Shown: positions 29,125 through 40,729, numbered from the stretch's first letter. The stretch: DNA of 64,000 bases from Bacteroidota bacterium (GCA_039805885.1 JBDLTG010000012.1:3237-67236); one strand, 5' to 3'. Notes: generated by a model not told the origin, from the sequence alone. Numbers and translations are program-made.

Positions 29125-31095
29125 TTATTTGCTGACCTTATACTTTTCATTAGCAGTAATCATTTCCCAATCATCAGTCCTGAAAGGAGATGCCGGAAAT
29201 TTTTCTTTATTGTACAAATTGATTTCAGTGTCATCATCAGCCCAACCGTAATGAATAGCAACCGGATTTTGCACATTTTCGCTGGAAACGACAACTTTAT
29301 TATTTTTTATAATCGCTTTCGCAGAATGAAAAACTTTGTCGGCACCGGCAATTTCAAAACCTTTCACGTTTTCTGAATTATCTGAAGCCGCTAAACCGGA
29401 ACCAATATTATCGAAAGTCAAAATGACTTGGTTCCCTTTTATTTCCTGAGATTTATAGGTTGGTCCGCTAAAGATTCTTTTTTTATCGTACACATTGTTT
29501 AATGCAATTGCTGCCAGACGCAGTCCAACATCTTGTTTGTTGGTTGGATGAATGTCTTTTGCATTTCCGATATCTGTAGTTACTACCATTCCGGTATTTG
29601 GCAATTTCAGCGTTTGTAATTGCGCTTCGCGAAGTTCGGCCCAACGACTTCCTTTTGTACTGTTTCCGCCAAACTCATCATAGGTTGACAATTGCACAAA
29701 ATAGAAAGGAAAATTACCCTGATTCCCTGCCTGTCCGACAGAGAGCCATTTTGCTCTCCAATCATTTATCATCAAAGGAAATGCTTTTCTGTATTGTTTA
29801 GCTCTGGTCACATTGGCTTCGCCCTGATACCATAAAACACCTTGAAAAGCATACGGAATTAATGGATTTACCATCGCATTATACAACAACGAAGGATAAC
29901 TATTAGGTGATAAAGCTATTTTTAGCTGCACTACATTAAATTTCCAAAGTCCTTCCAGCGGGATATTACCATCTTTGAAATCGATTTTCAAATCGGCAGT
30001 ATTTCCATAAATTCCGCCGCCTCCGGAATAATCTGCAATTCGAACCGCAATTACATTCGTTCCTTCTTTTAAAACCCCAGCAGGAATTTTATAAACTCTT
30101 TTTGCTTCCCAAATGTTGTTAGTACCTACTTGAACTCCGTTTACATAAGTTACATCTTCATCATCAACTTTGGATAAATGCAAAACGGCCGCTTTTTTGG
30201 CTTGTTCCGCTGATAAAACAATCGTTTTTCTCATCCAAACCACCCCATCAATATTCCCTATTTGCTGGTTTTCCCATAATGAAGGTACTTTTATTTCAGG
30301 CCAATTGGCATCCTTAAAATCCAACGTTGCAAATTGATTTTCGTTAGTCGTAGTTACTTCAAAACCTTGGATTTTTTGTATATTCTCTAAAAGTGACTTT
30401 TTGTATATTTCAAAAACCGCATCCATATCAACTTGAGGCACTTCGGCAATCATGCCTTTAAAGTCATCACTTTTTTCAAAAGCGTCCCGACTTGTCCAGG
30501 TTTCTACACAGGTTCCGCCCCATGACGTATTTATGATCCCGATTGGAATTTTTAATTCGGTATATAATTTTTTAGCAAAAAAGAAACCTACTGCCGTAAA
30601 ATCACGAACATTTTCTTTATTACAAACAGCCCATTTTCCTGCTTTTAAATCTTCTTTCGGAGTACCGCTTAAATCCTGAGCAACACCAAAATGACGAATC
30701 ATTGGATTATTTGCCTGTTCTTTTTGAATTTCAAAATCAGGCAATTTATACATCTGAAATTCCATATTCGATTGGCCACTGCAAATCCAAACTTCTCCAA
30801 CCAAAACATCTTTGATGACAATTTTATTTTTTCCGGTAATGCTTAATTCAAAAGGACCTCCTGCTTGTTCCGAATCTAATTTCACCATCCATTTTCCGTT
30901 TTTATCGGCTTGGGTACTTTTAGTTTGTTTGTTAAAATGAATTACCACTTTTTCATTGGCATCTGCCCATCCCCAAACCGGAATTGCCTTATTGCGTTGC
31001 AACACCATTCCGTCAGAAAACAACAAAGGCATTCGAACAGTAGCGTTTGCAATTAGGCTACAAATCAAAAAAAAGAAGACTATATTTTTTTTCAT
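29125..31095 (-). CDS. SGNH carbohydrate acetylesterase (sialate O-acetylesterase/CE20-like) with inserted jelly-roll domain
   Basis: GEVWICSGQSNM, WYQGEAN and DIHP catalytic blocks, split by a sugar-binding insert (WMRK..DDEDVTYVNG); signal peptide. Confidence 0.88.
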   Translation of the reverse strand: MKKNIVFFFLICSLIANATVRMPLLFSDGMVLQRNKAIPVWGWADANEKVVIHFNKQTKSTQADKNGKWMVKLDSEQAGGPFELSITGKNKIVIKDVLVGEVWICSGQSNMEFQMYKLPDFEIQKEQANNPMIRHFGVAQDLSGTPKEDLKAGKWAVCNKENVRDFTAVGFFFAKKLYTELKIPIGIINTSWGGTCVETWTSRDAFEKSDDFKGMIAEVPQVDMDAVFEIYKKSLLENIQKIQGFEVTTTNENQFATLDFKDANWPEIKVPSLWENQQIGNIDGVVWMRKTIVLSAEQAKKAAVLHLSKVDDEDVTYVNGVQVGTNNIWEAKRVYKIPAGVLKEGTNVIAVRIADYSGGGGIYGNTADLKIDFKDGNIPLEGLWKFNVVQLKIALSPNSYPSLLYNAMVNPLIPYAFQGVLWYQGEANVTRAKQYRKAFPLMINDWRAKWLSVGQAGNQGNFPFYFVQLSTYDEFGGNSTKGSRWAELREAQLQTLKLPNTGMVVTTDIGNAKDIHPTNKQDVGLRLAAIALNNVYDKKRIFSGPTYKSQEIKGNQVILTFDNIGSGLAASDNSENVKGFEIAGADKVFHSAKAIIKNNKVVVSSENVQNPVAIHYGWADDDTEINLYNKEKFPASPFRTDDWEMITANEKYKVSK

Positions 31096-31150
31096 TTTTT
31101 TCTATTTTAAATTATACAAAATCCTTCAGTAATTCTCAAAAAGGCTGTTA

Positions 31151-33235
31151 CTACTCTTTCCAAACCGTAACTCCTGCAGGCTTTAAAGTACTGTTACCGA
31201 TAAGAATTTCAGCTTTTGGAGGAATTTCCAATTGATAGTCCGTTGATGAATAATTTACCGCTACCCAAAATCCATCACGCCATTGCACATAAACTCCTTC
31301 AGGATAATTTTCGGTAGTTGCGCCTGCCTGTTCATATACTTTTCTCAAAACATCACGCTCTAAACTGGCATCATCTGTATCCACACCAATATATGTAACG
31401 GTTCCTTTTCCAATGGTATTGGTAACAACGGCTGCCTTACCCGCATAAAACTGATCTGCATAAGTAGCCAAAACATTCTTCTTTTGATTGGCTTCTACTA
31501 AATCGGCCCAATTGTTCCAAGAATACGTTTTGCCTAAACCTGAAATCTTTCCTTGTACATTAGCAGGCAAATGGTCGAAATTATCGATTTTAGCATCAAT
31601 GAGAGGCAAAATTGTTTCACCCCAAGCAGACCTAAAAATATGTCCATTGCGGTCTTTGACTCCTGTTCGAACCGTTAGCACTAAATTCCCTCCTTGTTTC
31701 ACATAGTTTTCCCACTTAACAATAAGAGCTTTATCAACCAATTCAAATGCTGGAGCGATTACTACGTTATATTCATTCAAATCATCCTGTTCATATACGA
31801 TATCAGCCGGAGCACCGAACGATTTAGCTATTTCCAGATATTTTTGAAAAAATGGCAACGTATTCCATTGTGTTGTTTGACCTTGCCTTCCCATGCTCCA
31901 AAAATTATCATAATTCCACAATATAGCCGTTTTACGAGCTTGTATTTTCTTGGGGATTTTGGCTTCTGAATTGTATGCTTTTTGCAAGATTTTCATTTCG
32001 TTTATCGCTTGTTGGTACTCTTTTCCACCCTGCGAAAGCGTTACTCCGTCAAGTTTCATTATTCCTGCATGATACTGTTCAGAACTGTAATTTATTTGGC
32101 GATAACGATACGAACAGGCAAAGGATAAATTACCTCCAAAACAATGATACAACCACATACGCACAGTACCTGGTTCCAATAAAGGATTGATAGCTCCCCA
32201 ATTTACATAACCGGGCTGAAGCTCCATAATTCCAGCATTTGTATGCTCTTGTTTAAAAAAACTCAGCGCAAAAGAAAGCTCTTTAGGATCGCCTAATCTA
32301 AAACCTTTATCACCAATATTAGCATTTCCTTTATTAGGGTAAGAGGTAAAAGAATTAAAATCTAATTTATGGGTTCTTCGTGAATCTGCGCCAGCTGATG
32401 TAGCGGTGTAATTAGTCGTCACATACTGATTTTTAGAAATTAGAGAACGAAGTATTGCAGCTTGAAAATCTAAAAAATCAGCCTGCATATCAGCGGTGTA
32501 ACGTTTGAAATCCAATAGTGCATGCGGATTTGTTCCCCACCAGCCTACCAGATTGGCATTGTAAATTTTAATCTGACTAAAATCACTGAAAGTTTGGCTC
32601 CAAAAAGCAGTTCCCCAAGCATTATTCAATGCTGCAATGGTTTGATATTTATTTTTAAGCCAAAGTTGAAAAGCCAGTTGTGAGGACGGGCTATAATCTT
32701 CCTTACCCTCGGGTTCATTATCCAATTGCCAGCCTATAACCGCAGCATTATTACCATATCGTTGCCCCATTTGTGTGATAATTTTTTTAGAAAAATCTCT
32801 CCAAACAGGATTAGACAAGCTTTGCACTCCCCTTGTGCCGTGTTCCGCTCTTTGATAATTGGAATTCAAAACGTAAATCTCCGGATATTTTATTCCCATC
32901 CAAACCGGAGAAATCGAAGTGGGTGTTCCTAAAACAACTTTCAAATGGTATTTTGTAGCTAAACCAATAACGGTATCCAACCACTTAAAATCATACTTCC
33001 CTTCTTCGGGTTCCATATCAATCCAGGCAAATTCGGCAATATGAATGAATTGAAATCCTAAAACCGATATATTTTTGATATCCCGTTCCCATTCTGACGA
33101 ATCCCAATGTTCGGGATAATAATAAATTCCAAAAGTCATTAAATCTTTTTTCGAAAAAAAACGGGAACTGTCCTGTGCGTTCACCATATTAATTACCAAT
33201 AAAAATAATGCTCCTAAATAAAATATTTTTTTCAT
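31151..33235 (-). CDS. GH42 beta-galactosidase with signal peptide
   Basis: YYPEHW, IAEFAW, WQLDNEP (acid/base), IMELQPG (nucleophile), YRYRQ..EQYHAG. Confidence 0.92.
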   Translation of the reverse strand: MKKIFYLGALFLLVINMVNAQDSSRFFSKKDLMTFGIYYYPEHWDSSEWERDIKNISVLGFQFIHIAEFAWIDMEPEEGKYDFKWLDTVIGLATKYHLKVVLGTPTSISPVWMGIKYPEIYVLNSNYQRAEHGTRGVQSLSNPVWRDFSKKIITQMGQRYGNNAAVIGWQLDNEPEGKEDYSPSSQLAFQLWLKNKYQTIAALNNAWGTAFWSQTFSDFSQIKIYNANLVGWWGTNPHALLDFKRYTADMQADFLDFQAAILRSLISKNQYVTTNYTATSAGADSRRTHKLDFNSFTSYPNKGNANIGDKGFRLGDPKELSFALSFFKQEHTNAGIMELQPGYVNWGAINPLLEPGTVRMWLYHCFGGNLSFACSYRYRQINYSSEQYHAGIMKLDGVTLSQGGKEYQQAINEMKILQKAYNSEAKIPKKIQARKTAILWNYDNFWSMGRQGQTTQWNTLPFFQKYLEIAKSFGAPADIVYEQDDLNEYNVVIAPAFELVDKALIVKWENYVKQGGNLVLTVRTGVKDRNGHIFRSAWGETILPLIDAKIDNFDHLPANVQGKISGLGKTYSWNNWADLVEANQKKNVLATYADQFYAGKAAVVTNTIGKGTVTYIGVDTDDASLERDVLRKVYEQAGATTENYPEGVYVQWRDGFWVAVNYSSTDYQLEIPPKAEILIGNSTLKPAGVTVWKE

Positions 33236-33310
33236 CTATTTGTATTAAAATCGACCGCTAGCAATCGTTTTTTATTATTTTAAACTATTAAGGAAATAGT
33301 CAAGACATCT

Positions 33311-34825
33311 TTATTTTAATCCATCTAGCAAAGCATTCAAAGCCTGACTATCGTATACCGTATTATTGCTTCTATTAAATAAAGACATCGTATTTACTCC
33401 TAAATTTCCAGCATCCCAATAGAACGGAATCAGACCATTAGCCTTCGCTTGTTTTACAACATATTTTAGAAAATAAGCTCTTGAATTGAGATGTAAAGTC
33501 AATGCGTCGCCAGTTAAATCACGTCTAATAGCTCCAAACTCTCCTAAGATTACCGGAATACCTTTATCTACAAATTGTGTTTTCATGGAAACGAAAAACT
33601 TATCTAAATCAGCTTCTTCTCCCCAGGTTGGATTGCGGGTAACATCTGTAGCTGAGTGATAATTGACGCCCCAGTAGTAAAACATTTTACCCCAGTTAGC
33701 ATCTTTATCCATAAGACAAAATTGATACGGAGTGTAATAATGAACCTCAGCCATCATTCGATTAGCTACTTTATCTGTTGGCAAAGTGGTCATCAATTTA
33801 TTTGTTTTTTCGATATCTGTTGATGGCCCTTGAACGATTAAATTGCGATAGGCATTTTTACCTCCGGTAGAACGAACAGCATCAATAAATGTTTGATGAT
33901 AAGAAGTTAAAACTGCCATTTGAGTTGTATTTTCAACATTTGGTTCATTGGCACTGGCAAAAAGCAAATGCTCATCAAAACCTCTCAAGTGAGTTGCAAT
34001 TTGTTCCCAAAAAGCTTTTTGCTTGGCGTTGTTAGCTTCTTTTTGGGCTTCGGTACAATTATTTTCTAACCATCCACCATCCCAGTGAATGTTCACAATT
34101 ACGTACATATCATTGTCAACACAATATTGAACAACTTCTTTTACTCTGTCCAGCCATTCTGTTTTAATTTGTGCCGTTGTAGCGTTTGCCAGATTCTGAT
34201 TCCAAGAGCAAGGAATTCTAATAGCATTAAAGCCATTTGCTTTAACCAAATCAATCAAGGCTTTGGTCACTTTTGGGTTTCCCCAAGCTGTCTCTCCGCC
34301 AGTCGCTTCCATTGTATTCCCAATATTCCAACCCAATTTTATTTTTGCTGCTAATTGTACGGCGGTACTGCTCATTCCTGTTGCATCGGCTACAACTGGA
34401 TTTGTATTGTAACTTGGATACAAATTAACAACAGGAGTTATTCCTTCTTGAGAAACTGAAACTTGTACCGAAGCAACTTCAGTTGAACTTATTGTAATAA
34501 TAGCAGTTCTAGTAGCATTGCTGGTATTTGTTAATGCAGTTATTTTTACTGTAGTAGTTCCTGATATTCCTGAATTTTGACTCAATTGTATCCAACTAGC
34601 ATCTGAAGAACTAATTGTCCATACTTTTGCGTTTGTTGTTATCGACACATTCGATTCATTTCCGGTATTCTGAAAATCAATATGATTAACATTTGCCGTT
34701 AATGTTTTTACTACTGGCGCTGGATTATTTGGTTCAGATTCCTTATCAGAACTACAAGCCCAGGTACTTAGAAAAGTCAATAACAAAACAGAACTCAACA
34801 GGTAACTTTTAATTATTTCCTTCAT
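33311..34825 (-). CDS. BACON-domain GH5 endoglucanase/xyloglucanase lipoprotein (GH5_4-like)
   Basis: Lipobox STWA-C; BACON domain (WIQLS..SG..RTA.ITI); LGWNIGNT, IRIPCSW, NIHWD, ANEP and ILGEFG. Confidence 0.92.
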   Translation of the reverse strand: MKEIIKSYLLSSVLLLTFLSTWACSSDKESEPNNPAPVVKTLTANVNHIDFQNTGNESNVSITTNAKVWTISSSDASWIQLSQNSGISGTTTVKITALTNTSNATRTAIITISSTEVASVQVSVSQEGITPVVNLYPSYNTNPVVADATGMSSTAVQLAAKIKLGWNIGNTMEATGGETAWGNPKVTKALIDLVKANGFNAIRIPCSWNQNLANATTAQIKTEWLDRVKEVVQYCVDNDMYVIVNIHWDGGWLENNCTEAQKEANNAKQKAFWEQIATHLRGFDEHLLFASANEPNVENTTQMAVLTSYHQTFIDAVRSTGGKNAYRNLIVQGPSTDIEKTNKLMTTLPTDKVANRMMAEVHYYTPYQFCLMDKDANWGKMFYYWGVNYHSATDVTRNPTWGEEADLDKFFVSMKTQFVDKGIPVILGEFGAIRRDLTGDALTLHLNSRAYFLKYVVKQAKANGLIPFYWDAGNLGVNTMSLFNRSNNTVYDSQALNALLDGLK

Positions 34826-34843
34826 AGCTTCTTTATTTTATTT

Positions 34844-37075
34844 TTATTTAATAAGTACAACAACTTCTTTCTTTATGTCTCTGGAAGATGTTCCTACTTT
34901 CAACGTATAACTTCCCGGTTCTACAACCCATTTTTTTGATATAACATCATAATACGCTAATTCTTTCACTGGAACATTTATGATGACTTTTTGATTCTCG
35001 CCCGCTTTAACCAATACTTTTTTAAATCCTTTCAACTCTTGAGCAGCACGTTGAATTTTTGAATCTGATTTCGAAGCATACAATTGAACTACTTCTTTAC
35101 CTTCAACTTTACCTGTATTTTTAACGTCTACAGAAACCGTAATTATATCATCATTATCATATTCCTTTTTATCTGCTTTAGCATTTTCGAAAGTAAAAGT
35201 CGTGTACGATAGTCCGTAGCCAAAAGGATACATTGGTGCAATATTTTTAGTATCAAACCAACGATAACCTACCAAAATTCCTTCAGCGTAAGTAACTGTT
35301 TTATCTCCAGGAAAACTTTGGGTAGCATGAGCCGGAGAATCCATAATGTCTTTAGGCATAGTCCAAGGTAATTTTCCTGATGGATTTACTTTTCCTAATA
35401 ATACATCGGCAAGAGCATTTCCTCCTTCGGAACCATTAAACCAGCTCCACACCAAAGCCTTTGTTTCCTTACTGATTTCTTCAATTTCAAAAGGGGCACC
35501 TGCAATCATAACTACAATAGTTCTTGGATTTACAGCAAGTACTTTTTTAATTAATTCTTCTTGTCCAAAAGGTAATTTTAAGTCTCTACGATCAGATGCT
35601 TCCGTTTCATAATCACGGTTAGAACCGGCAAAAACAATAGCAACATCAGAATTTTTTGCCGCATTAATGGCTTCTTCTAATTTTTCCGGATCAAGTTTGT
35701 CAATAGTTACTGGTCCATTTAAAGTAATATCTCCTAGTTTTCCCTTATTTTTTTTATCATAACGCTCTAAATATCCTTCTGCATAATTAATTTTAATAGA
35801 AGAAGGCAATCTGTTTTTCAGACCTTCAAGAGGAGTGATTTCTCTCTTGGTTTTTACTCCAGCTCCAAATCCTCCTAAAGCATTTTTCTTTGTCGCATTA
35901 TTTCCAATGACAGCAATCGATTTTACACCATTTAATTGTAGAGGCAATGCGTTATTCTCATTTTTCAACAATACAATTGCTTCTGCTGCAATTTTATAAG
36001 CATCTTGATAATGTGCTTCTGTAGCAATACTTCCTTTCACTCGATCTTTTCCGCCCATTGCTTTTACTTGGAACAAAACACCTAATATTCTTTTTACGTG
36101 TTTGTCAATTTCTGCTTCCGAGATTTCACCCGCCTTCGCAGCTGCGATTAGTTTGTCGGCTAGGAAAAATTCGTTGAATGGTTTTGGAGTTCCCATTTCG
36201 ATATCCAATCCATTTTTCAGGGATTTTACCGTAGTATGAACCGCAGCCCAATCAGAAACGACAACACCTTTAAAACCCCATTCGTCTCGCAATATTGTAT
36301 TGAGCATATAATCGTTCTCGCATAAATATTCGCCTCTAAACTTGTTGTAAGCGCCCATTATACTATAAGCTTTAGCCTCTTTTACAGCAGCTTCGAATGC
36401 CGGTAAATAAATTTCTCGAAGTGTACGTTCATCAATTTGCACATCAACAAAATCACGATTGGTTTCCTGATTATTGGCAGCAAAATGTTTGACGCAAGCC
36501 ATAACATCATTGTCTTGTAAACCAACAATCAACGGCACGGCCATTTTTTTATTCAAAAAAGGGTCTTCAGTCGAATATTCATACGTCCTTCCTCCCAGTG
36601 GTGTTCTGACAATATTGATGGCTGGCGAAAGCAGCATATCCTTGTCTCTGGCACGCATTTCCTGACCAACACTGTTTCCGAAAGTATAAGCCATTTTCGT
36701 ATTCCAAGTAGCTGCCAAAGCTCCAGAGGCTGGATAATAAGTCGCAAAATCATTTGTCCAACCTGCCGCAGACCAGTTGTCACGGGAAATTTCTTCTCGT
36801 ACGCCTAACGGGCCATCGGCCATTTTCAATTCTGGAATTCCCAAGCGTTTTACACCTCCGGTAGAAAACATACTATTACCATGCAACATTCCTATTTTTT
36901 CTTCAAGCGTCATTTTAGCTACCAATTTGTCAATTTTCGCATCAAATTCAGAACTTAAAGACTTTACTGTAGTAGTTTTATTTTGTTTTTTCGCTTTAAC
37001 CGTCTGGGAATTTGCATTGTATCCCGTAAACAATAACATTGAAAAAATGGATAAGGTGATTATTTTATTTTTCAT
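34844..37075 (-). CDS. GH3 beta-glucosidase with Fn3-like C-terminus
   Basis: MADGPLGVR, GRTYEYSTEDP, KHFAANNQE, VVSDW, YPFGYGLSYT, ELKGFKKV. Confidence 0.95.
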   Translation of the reverse strand: MKNKIITLSIFSMLLFTGYNANSQTVKAKKQNKTTTVKSLSSEFDAKIDKLVAKMTLEEKIGMLHGNSMFSTGGVKRLGIPELKMADGPLGVREEISRDNWSAAGWTNDFATYYPASGALAATWNTKMAYTFGNSVGQEMRARDKDMLLSPAINIVRTPLGGRTYEYSTEDPFLNKKMAVPLIVGLQDNDVMACVKHFAANNQETNRDFVDVQIDERTLREIYLPAFEAAVKEAKAYSIMGAYNKFRGEYLCENDYMLNTILRDEWGFKGVVVSDWAAVHTTVKSLKNGLDIEMGTPKPFNEFFLADKLIAAAKAGEISEAEIDKHVKRILGVLFQVKAMGGKDRVKGSIATEAHYQDAYKIAAEAIVLLKNENNALPLQLNGVKSIAVIGNNATKKNALGGFGAGVKTKREITPLEGLKNRLPSSIKINYAEGYLERYDKKNKGKLGDITLNGPVTIDKLDPEKLEEAINAAKNSDVAIVFAGSNRDYETEASDRRDLKLPFGQEELIKKVLAVNPRTIVVMIAGAPFEIEEISKETKALVWSWFNGSEGGNALADVLLGKVNPSGKLPWTMPKDIMDSPAHATQSFPGDKTVTYAEGILVGYRWFDTKNIAPMYPFGYGLSYTTFTFENAKADKKEYDNDDIITVSVDVKNTGKVEGKEVVQLYASKSDSKIQRAAQELKGFKKVLVKAGENQKVIINVPVKELAYYDVISKKWVVEPGSYTLKVGTSSRDIKKEVVVLIK

Positions 37076-37104
37076 AAATAGAGAAATTTATTTTATTTTT
37101 TAAA

Positions 37105-38682
37105 CTATTGCTTTATAAAATTCAGCAACAGCACATCGTTTTCATTAATCTTGAAATCCTTGGTGTAGATTCCTTTTGCATCAATTTTCACTGTTTCCGT
37201 GGCAATTGGCGCACCATTATTTTTATCTTTAAGTGTATGTACCTGTTGTTTATTCAATTGATTGGGTTTATCCATTCCTAAATAATCGGTAAAAACGTCA
37301 TTCACTTTGTAACCTACTTTGTATATCTCTAATTTATAGATGCCTTTTTGAAGTCCTGCAACTTCAATTTTCACACTTCCCTTTGGTTTTGAGGGTAAAT
37401 CTTTTATATAATATTGCTGATTATTTGTAGAATCGGGCAAGGTGTAGATAAAATCCCAAAACAAAACCTGCACATCTCCTTTTGCATTTTTACATGCCCA
37501 AGATGATGTATCTGTATTTTGAAGCTCTGTTTCTCCCAATTTATTCATGAAGAAATAAGAGAAATAAGCCGGCTTTTTAATTCCTTGTGTATTCATTAAT
37601 CCGAATCCTCCGTGAAAAGGGGTGAATCTTGGACCTGCTTCTTCAAAAATATCCGTAAAAACCCAGTATGACATTGAGTTTGCAGCGTTGCCAACTTGCT
37701 TTAATTTCTGCAAAATATAAGCCGCAGAATGGTAACTATCGTGAATGGGATCTGCTGGAGTATAAGACGAACTCCACTCTGTATAATGTAATTCCAGATT
37801 TGGCTTAGCCGAATTATTAATTTGTTTGCGTGAGTTTATTACATCACCGCTAATGCTTGAATCCTCTTTATTTAAAACAGTTCCCGAAGTCCCAAATTCA
37901 TCCAAATAACCTTGTTTTACACCATAAGTATGGGTTGAAATAAAATCCAACGGAACATTCTTTTTGGTACAAAATTCAATTGTTTCAGGAACCCAGGCAG
38001 CTCCTGCTGTAGCAGGCCCTCCCACTTTATAAGCAGGATTTACACTTTTTATACCTCTTGCAGCATATTCATATAATTTGAAATATTCTGCCTGTGTACC
38101 TGTCCAAAAACCTGGCGACAAATTAGGTTCGTTCCAAACCTCAAAATACCAGGCCTTCACTTCTTCAGCTCCATAACGCTCGGTGAAATGTTTAGTCAGA
38201 TTGCGAATTAAATCTTCCCATTTTTTATAATCTTTAGGAGGAGTGACATTTCCTTTCCACCAAAAAATAGTTTGGGGACCGCTTGCCAATGCTGAGGGCA
38301 TAAAGCCTAACTCCACAAAAGGTTTCATTTTAATGCTTATGATAAAATCATATAAAGCATCAATATATTGATAATTGTATTCAGGATTTCCGTCTTTATC
38401 TTCACGGTAAACTGCCATGTCATCAGATAATAAACCATGCATTCTGATGTATTTGAAATCACATTCTTTTTTGGTCATTGTAAGCTGCTGCTGCCAATCG
38501 GCACGCAATCCTTCATTCGCTCTTCCCGCTCCAATGCATTCTTTGAACATGGTGTTTAACTTGCCGGCAGATTTATTATAATCTACTTTAATCGTTCTCG
38601 CAGAAGTATTGTTAGTTTGAGCTACTACAGTAGCTTCAAAAAAATAAAATAATAGAATCGGTAATACTAAAATTTGCTTCAT
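37105..38682 (-). CDS. GH39 glycosidase (beta-xylosidase family)
   Basis: FKYIRMHG, PFVELGFMP, WYFEVWNEP, HYTEW, SYWVFTDIFEE. Confidence 0.93.
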   Translation of the reverse strand: MKQILVLPILLFYFFEATVVAQTNNTSARTIKVDYNKSAGKLNTMFKECIGAGRANEGLRADWQQQLTMTKKECDFKYIRMHGLLSDDMAVYREDKDGNPEYNYQYIDALYDFIISIKMKPFVELGFMPSALASGPQTIFWWKGNVTPPKDYKKWEDLIRNLTKHFTERYGAEEVKAWYFEVWNEPNLSPGFWTGTQAEYFKLYEYAARGIKSVNPAYKVGGPATAGAAWVPETIEFCTKKNVPLDFISTHTYGVKQGYLDEFGTSGTVLNKEDSSISGDVINSRKQINNSAKPNLELHYTEWSSSYTPADPIHDSYHSAAYILQKLKQVGNAANSMSYWVFTDIFEEAGPRFTPFHGGFGLMNTQGIKKPAYFSYFFMNKLGETELQNTDTSSWACKNAKGDVQVLFWDFIYTLPDSTNNQQYYIKDLPSKPKGSVKIEVAGLQKGIYKLEIYKVGYKVNDVFTDYLGMDKPNQLNKQQVHTLKDKNNGAPIATETVKIDAKGIYTKDFKINENDVLLLNFIKQ

Positions 38683-38706
38683 CTGCTTTAAACTTTTACA
38701 GGTAAT

Positions 38707-40704
38707 TTATATTTTTTTGAATCTTATTACTGTTCCACCTGCTCCGCCTAAATGCAATTTCAATACATCTGAAGCTTTAACCGTTTTCTTCGAAATTGCT
38801 ACTTCTGATGGATTATGAGTTTCATCAGTTCCTGCTGCATCAGCATAAATTTGTGCTTCGTAAGTTGCATTTGGATCTAAGAAAGACAATGAAATAGTCA
38901 CATCTCTTGCTTTTTCATTGGTAATAGTTCCTAAAAACCAATCAGCACTGTTTCTGTCTTTACGGGCTGTGGTGATGTATTCTCCAATTTTCCCCTCTAA
39001 TACTTTTGTGTCTTCCCAATCAGTAGGAACGTCTTTCAAGAATTGCAATGCTGGTTTTCCTTCGTAATTTTCTGGAAGGTCGGCCATCATCTGAATTGGA
39101 GCATAAATAGTTACATACAATGCTAATTGCTGCGCCGCAGTTCCGTGGACTCTTTTTCCGGGATACCCTTGTTTTACCTCAACATCAAAAATCCCAGGTG
39201 TAAAATCCATTGGTCCTGAAAGCAATCTTGTAAACGGAATAATCGTCAAGTGATTCGGGGGATTTCCTTCGCTCCAGGCATTATATTCTTGTCCTCTTGC
39301 TGCTTCTCTCGAAACCATATTCGGGAAAGTGCGGCGTTCTCCTGTATCTTTTATGGACTCGTGGTATAATACAGCCAAATCATACTCGGCTGCTTTTTCT
39401 AAAATATATCTGAAATAATTCACTCCAAATTGTCCAAAGTGCATTTCCTTCATATTTAATTTAGAACCTACATGACCAATTTTAACCGAATGCATTCCCA
39501 GTTTTTTATACAATGCAAAACCCTCGTCAACTTCTTTTAAATAATTAATTAAGTTGGAACCTGTTTCGTGGTAACCGATAAGCGCTACACCTTTTTTGTT
39601 TCCGTACTCTACTACTTTTTCTAAATCGAAATTGTCGGCACTTTTTGTAAAACTGAACATATGCATTTTGTTTTCATACCAAGCAGGTGTCCAACCTTTG
39701 TTCCAGCCTTCAATCAATAAATGATGAAATCCTTCTTTGGCAGTAAAATCAATATATTCTTCGGCATGTTTGGTTGTTGCTCCTTGCTTGTCGCTTTCCC
39801 AAAAAGTATATTTCCCGATGTGCATTCCCCACCAAATACCAAAATATTTGTACGGTTTGAAGTAGCTTGTGTTCTTTAATTTATTTGGTTCGTTCAGGTT
39901 TAAAATCAAATAGGAAGTAATTAAATCTGCTGGTTTTTCTCCTATTTGAATCGTTCTCCAGGAAGAAGTAAAAGTATCTTTGACACGAACTTTTACACCG
40001 TCAGACCAAGGCACCAAATCAGATTTAAGTTGCGTTCCGCTTGTATTAACCAAAGTCATACTGGCAAAATCTACCAAGTTGGCTTCGTGAAAACTCAATG
40101 CTAATCCGCTTTTACTTTCAATAGTAAGTGGAGTCAAAACGGTATCAAGCGTACTCACAGGAGCATCTTTAAAAAGATATTCGTCACGGTTTTCTCTGTT
40201 TGCCGGAATCCACCATGCTTTTCCATCTTCTTTTAAGTTAAAAGTTGTTTTTTCATCCATAATGAAAATACTGTCTTTTACATTTTGTTTTGGATACACA
40301 TATCTAAAAGCAACTCCATCATCGAAAGCACGAAACTGAATCTCCAGTTTACGCTTGTTTTTTCCTTTTTGCTGTAATTCAACTACTAATTGATTGTAGT
40401 GGTTTCTGATGTTTTTCCTTTCCCCCCAAACTTGTTCCCAAGTTTCATCGAAAGTGGAATTTTTTACACTTTTGATTTCGAAATCAGTACTTAAATTTTC
40501 ATTTCCTTTTAGTAAAAATCCCATATCCGATGGAGCTATCACTTCGGTTTTTCCGTGTGACACCGCATATTTTGGAGCATTTTTTACTAACTCAAATTTG
40601 ATTTTGTTTTGCCCGTTTGGCGAAGCCAATTGGTAAGCATTTTTCTGACTATATCCAATCGTGATTGAAAGTAGTACAGAGGGAAGTACAAGGTATTTTT
40701 TCAT
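38707..40704 (-). CDS. GH97 glycosidase (inverting, SusB-like catalytic pattern)
   Basis: IEGWNKGW, VKIGHVG (Gly where retaining GH97s carry the Asp nucleophile), HES..RTFPN..REAARGQEY, GPMDFTPG. Confidence 0.92.
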   Translation of the reverse strand: MKKYLVLPSVLLSITIGYSQKNAYQLASPNGQNKIKFELVKNAPKYAVSHGKTEVIAPSDMGFLLKGNENLSTDFEIKSVKNSTFDETWEQVWGERKNIRNHYNQLVVELQQKGKNKRKLEIQFRAFDDGVAFRYVYPKQNVKDSIFIMDEKTTFNLKEDGKAWWIPANRENRDEYLFKDAPVSTLDTVLTPLTIESKSGLALSFHEANLVDFASMTLVNTSGTQLKSDLVPWSDGVKVRVKDTFTSSWRTIQIGEKPADLITSYLILNLNEPNKLKNTSYFKPYKYFGIWWGMHIGKYTFWESDKQGATTKHAEEYIDFTAKEGFHHLLIEGWNKGWTPAWYENKMHMFSFTKSADNFDLEKVVEYGNKKGVALIGYHETGSNLINYLKEVDEGFALYKKLGMHSVKIGHVGSKLNMKEMHFGQFGVNYFRYILEKAAEYDLAVLYHESIKDTGERRTFPNMVSREAARGQEYNAWSEGNPPNHLTIIPFTRLLSGPMDFTPGIFDVEVKQGYPGKRVHGTAAQQLALYVTIYAPIQMMADLPENYEGKPALQFLKDVPTDWEDTKVLEGKIGEYITTARKDRNSADWFLGTITNEKARDVTISLSFLDPNATYEAQIYADAAGTDETHNPSEVAISKKTVKASDVLKLHLGGAGGTVIRFKKI

Positions 40705-40729
40705 GTTTCTTTTCTTAATTCGCCTTTTA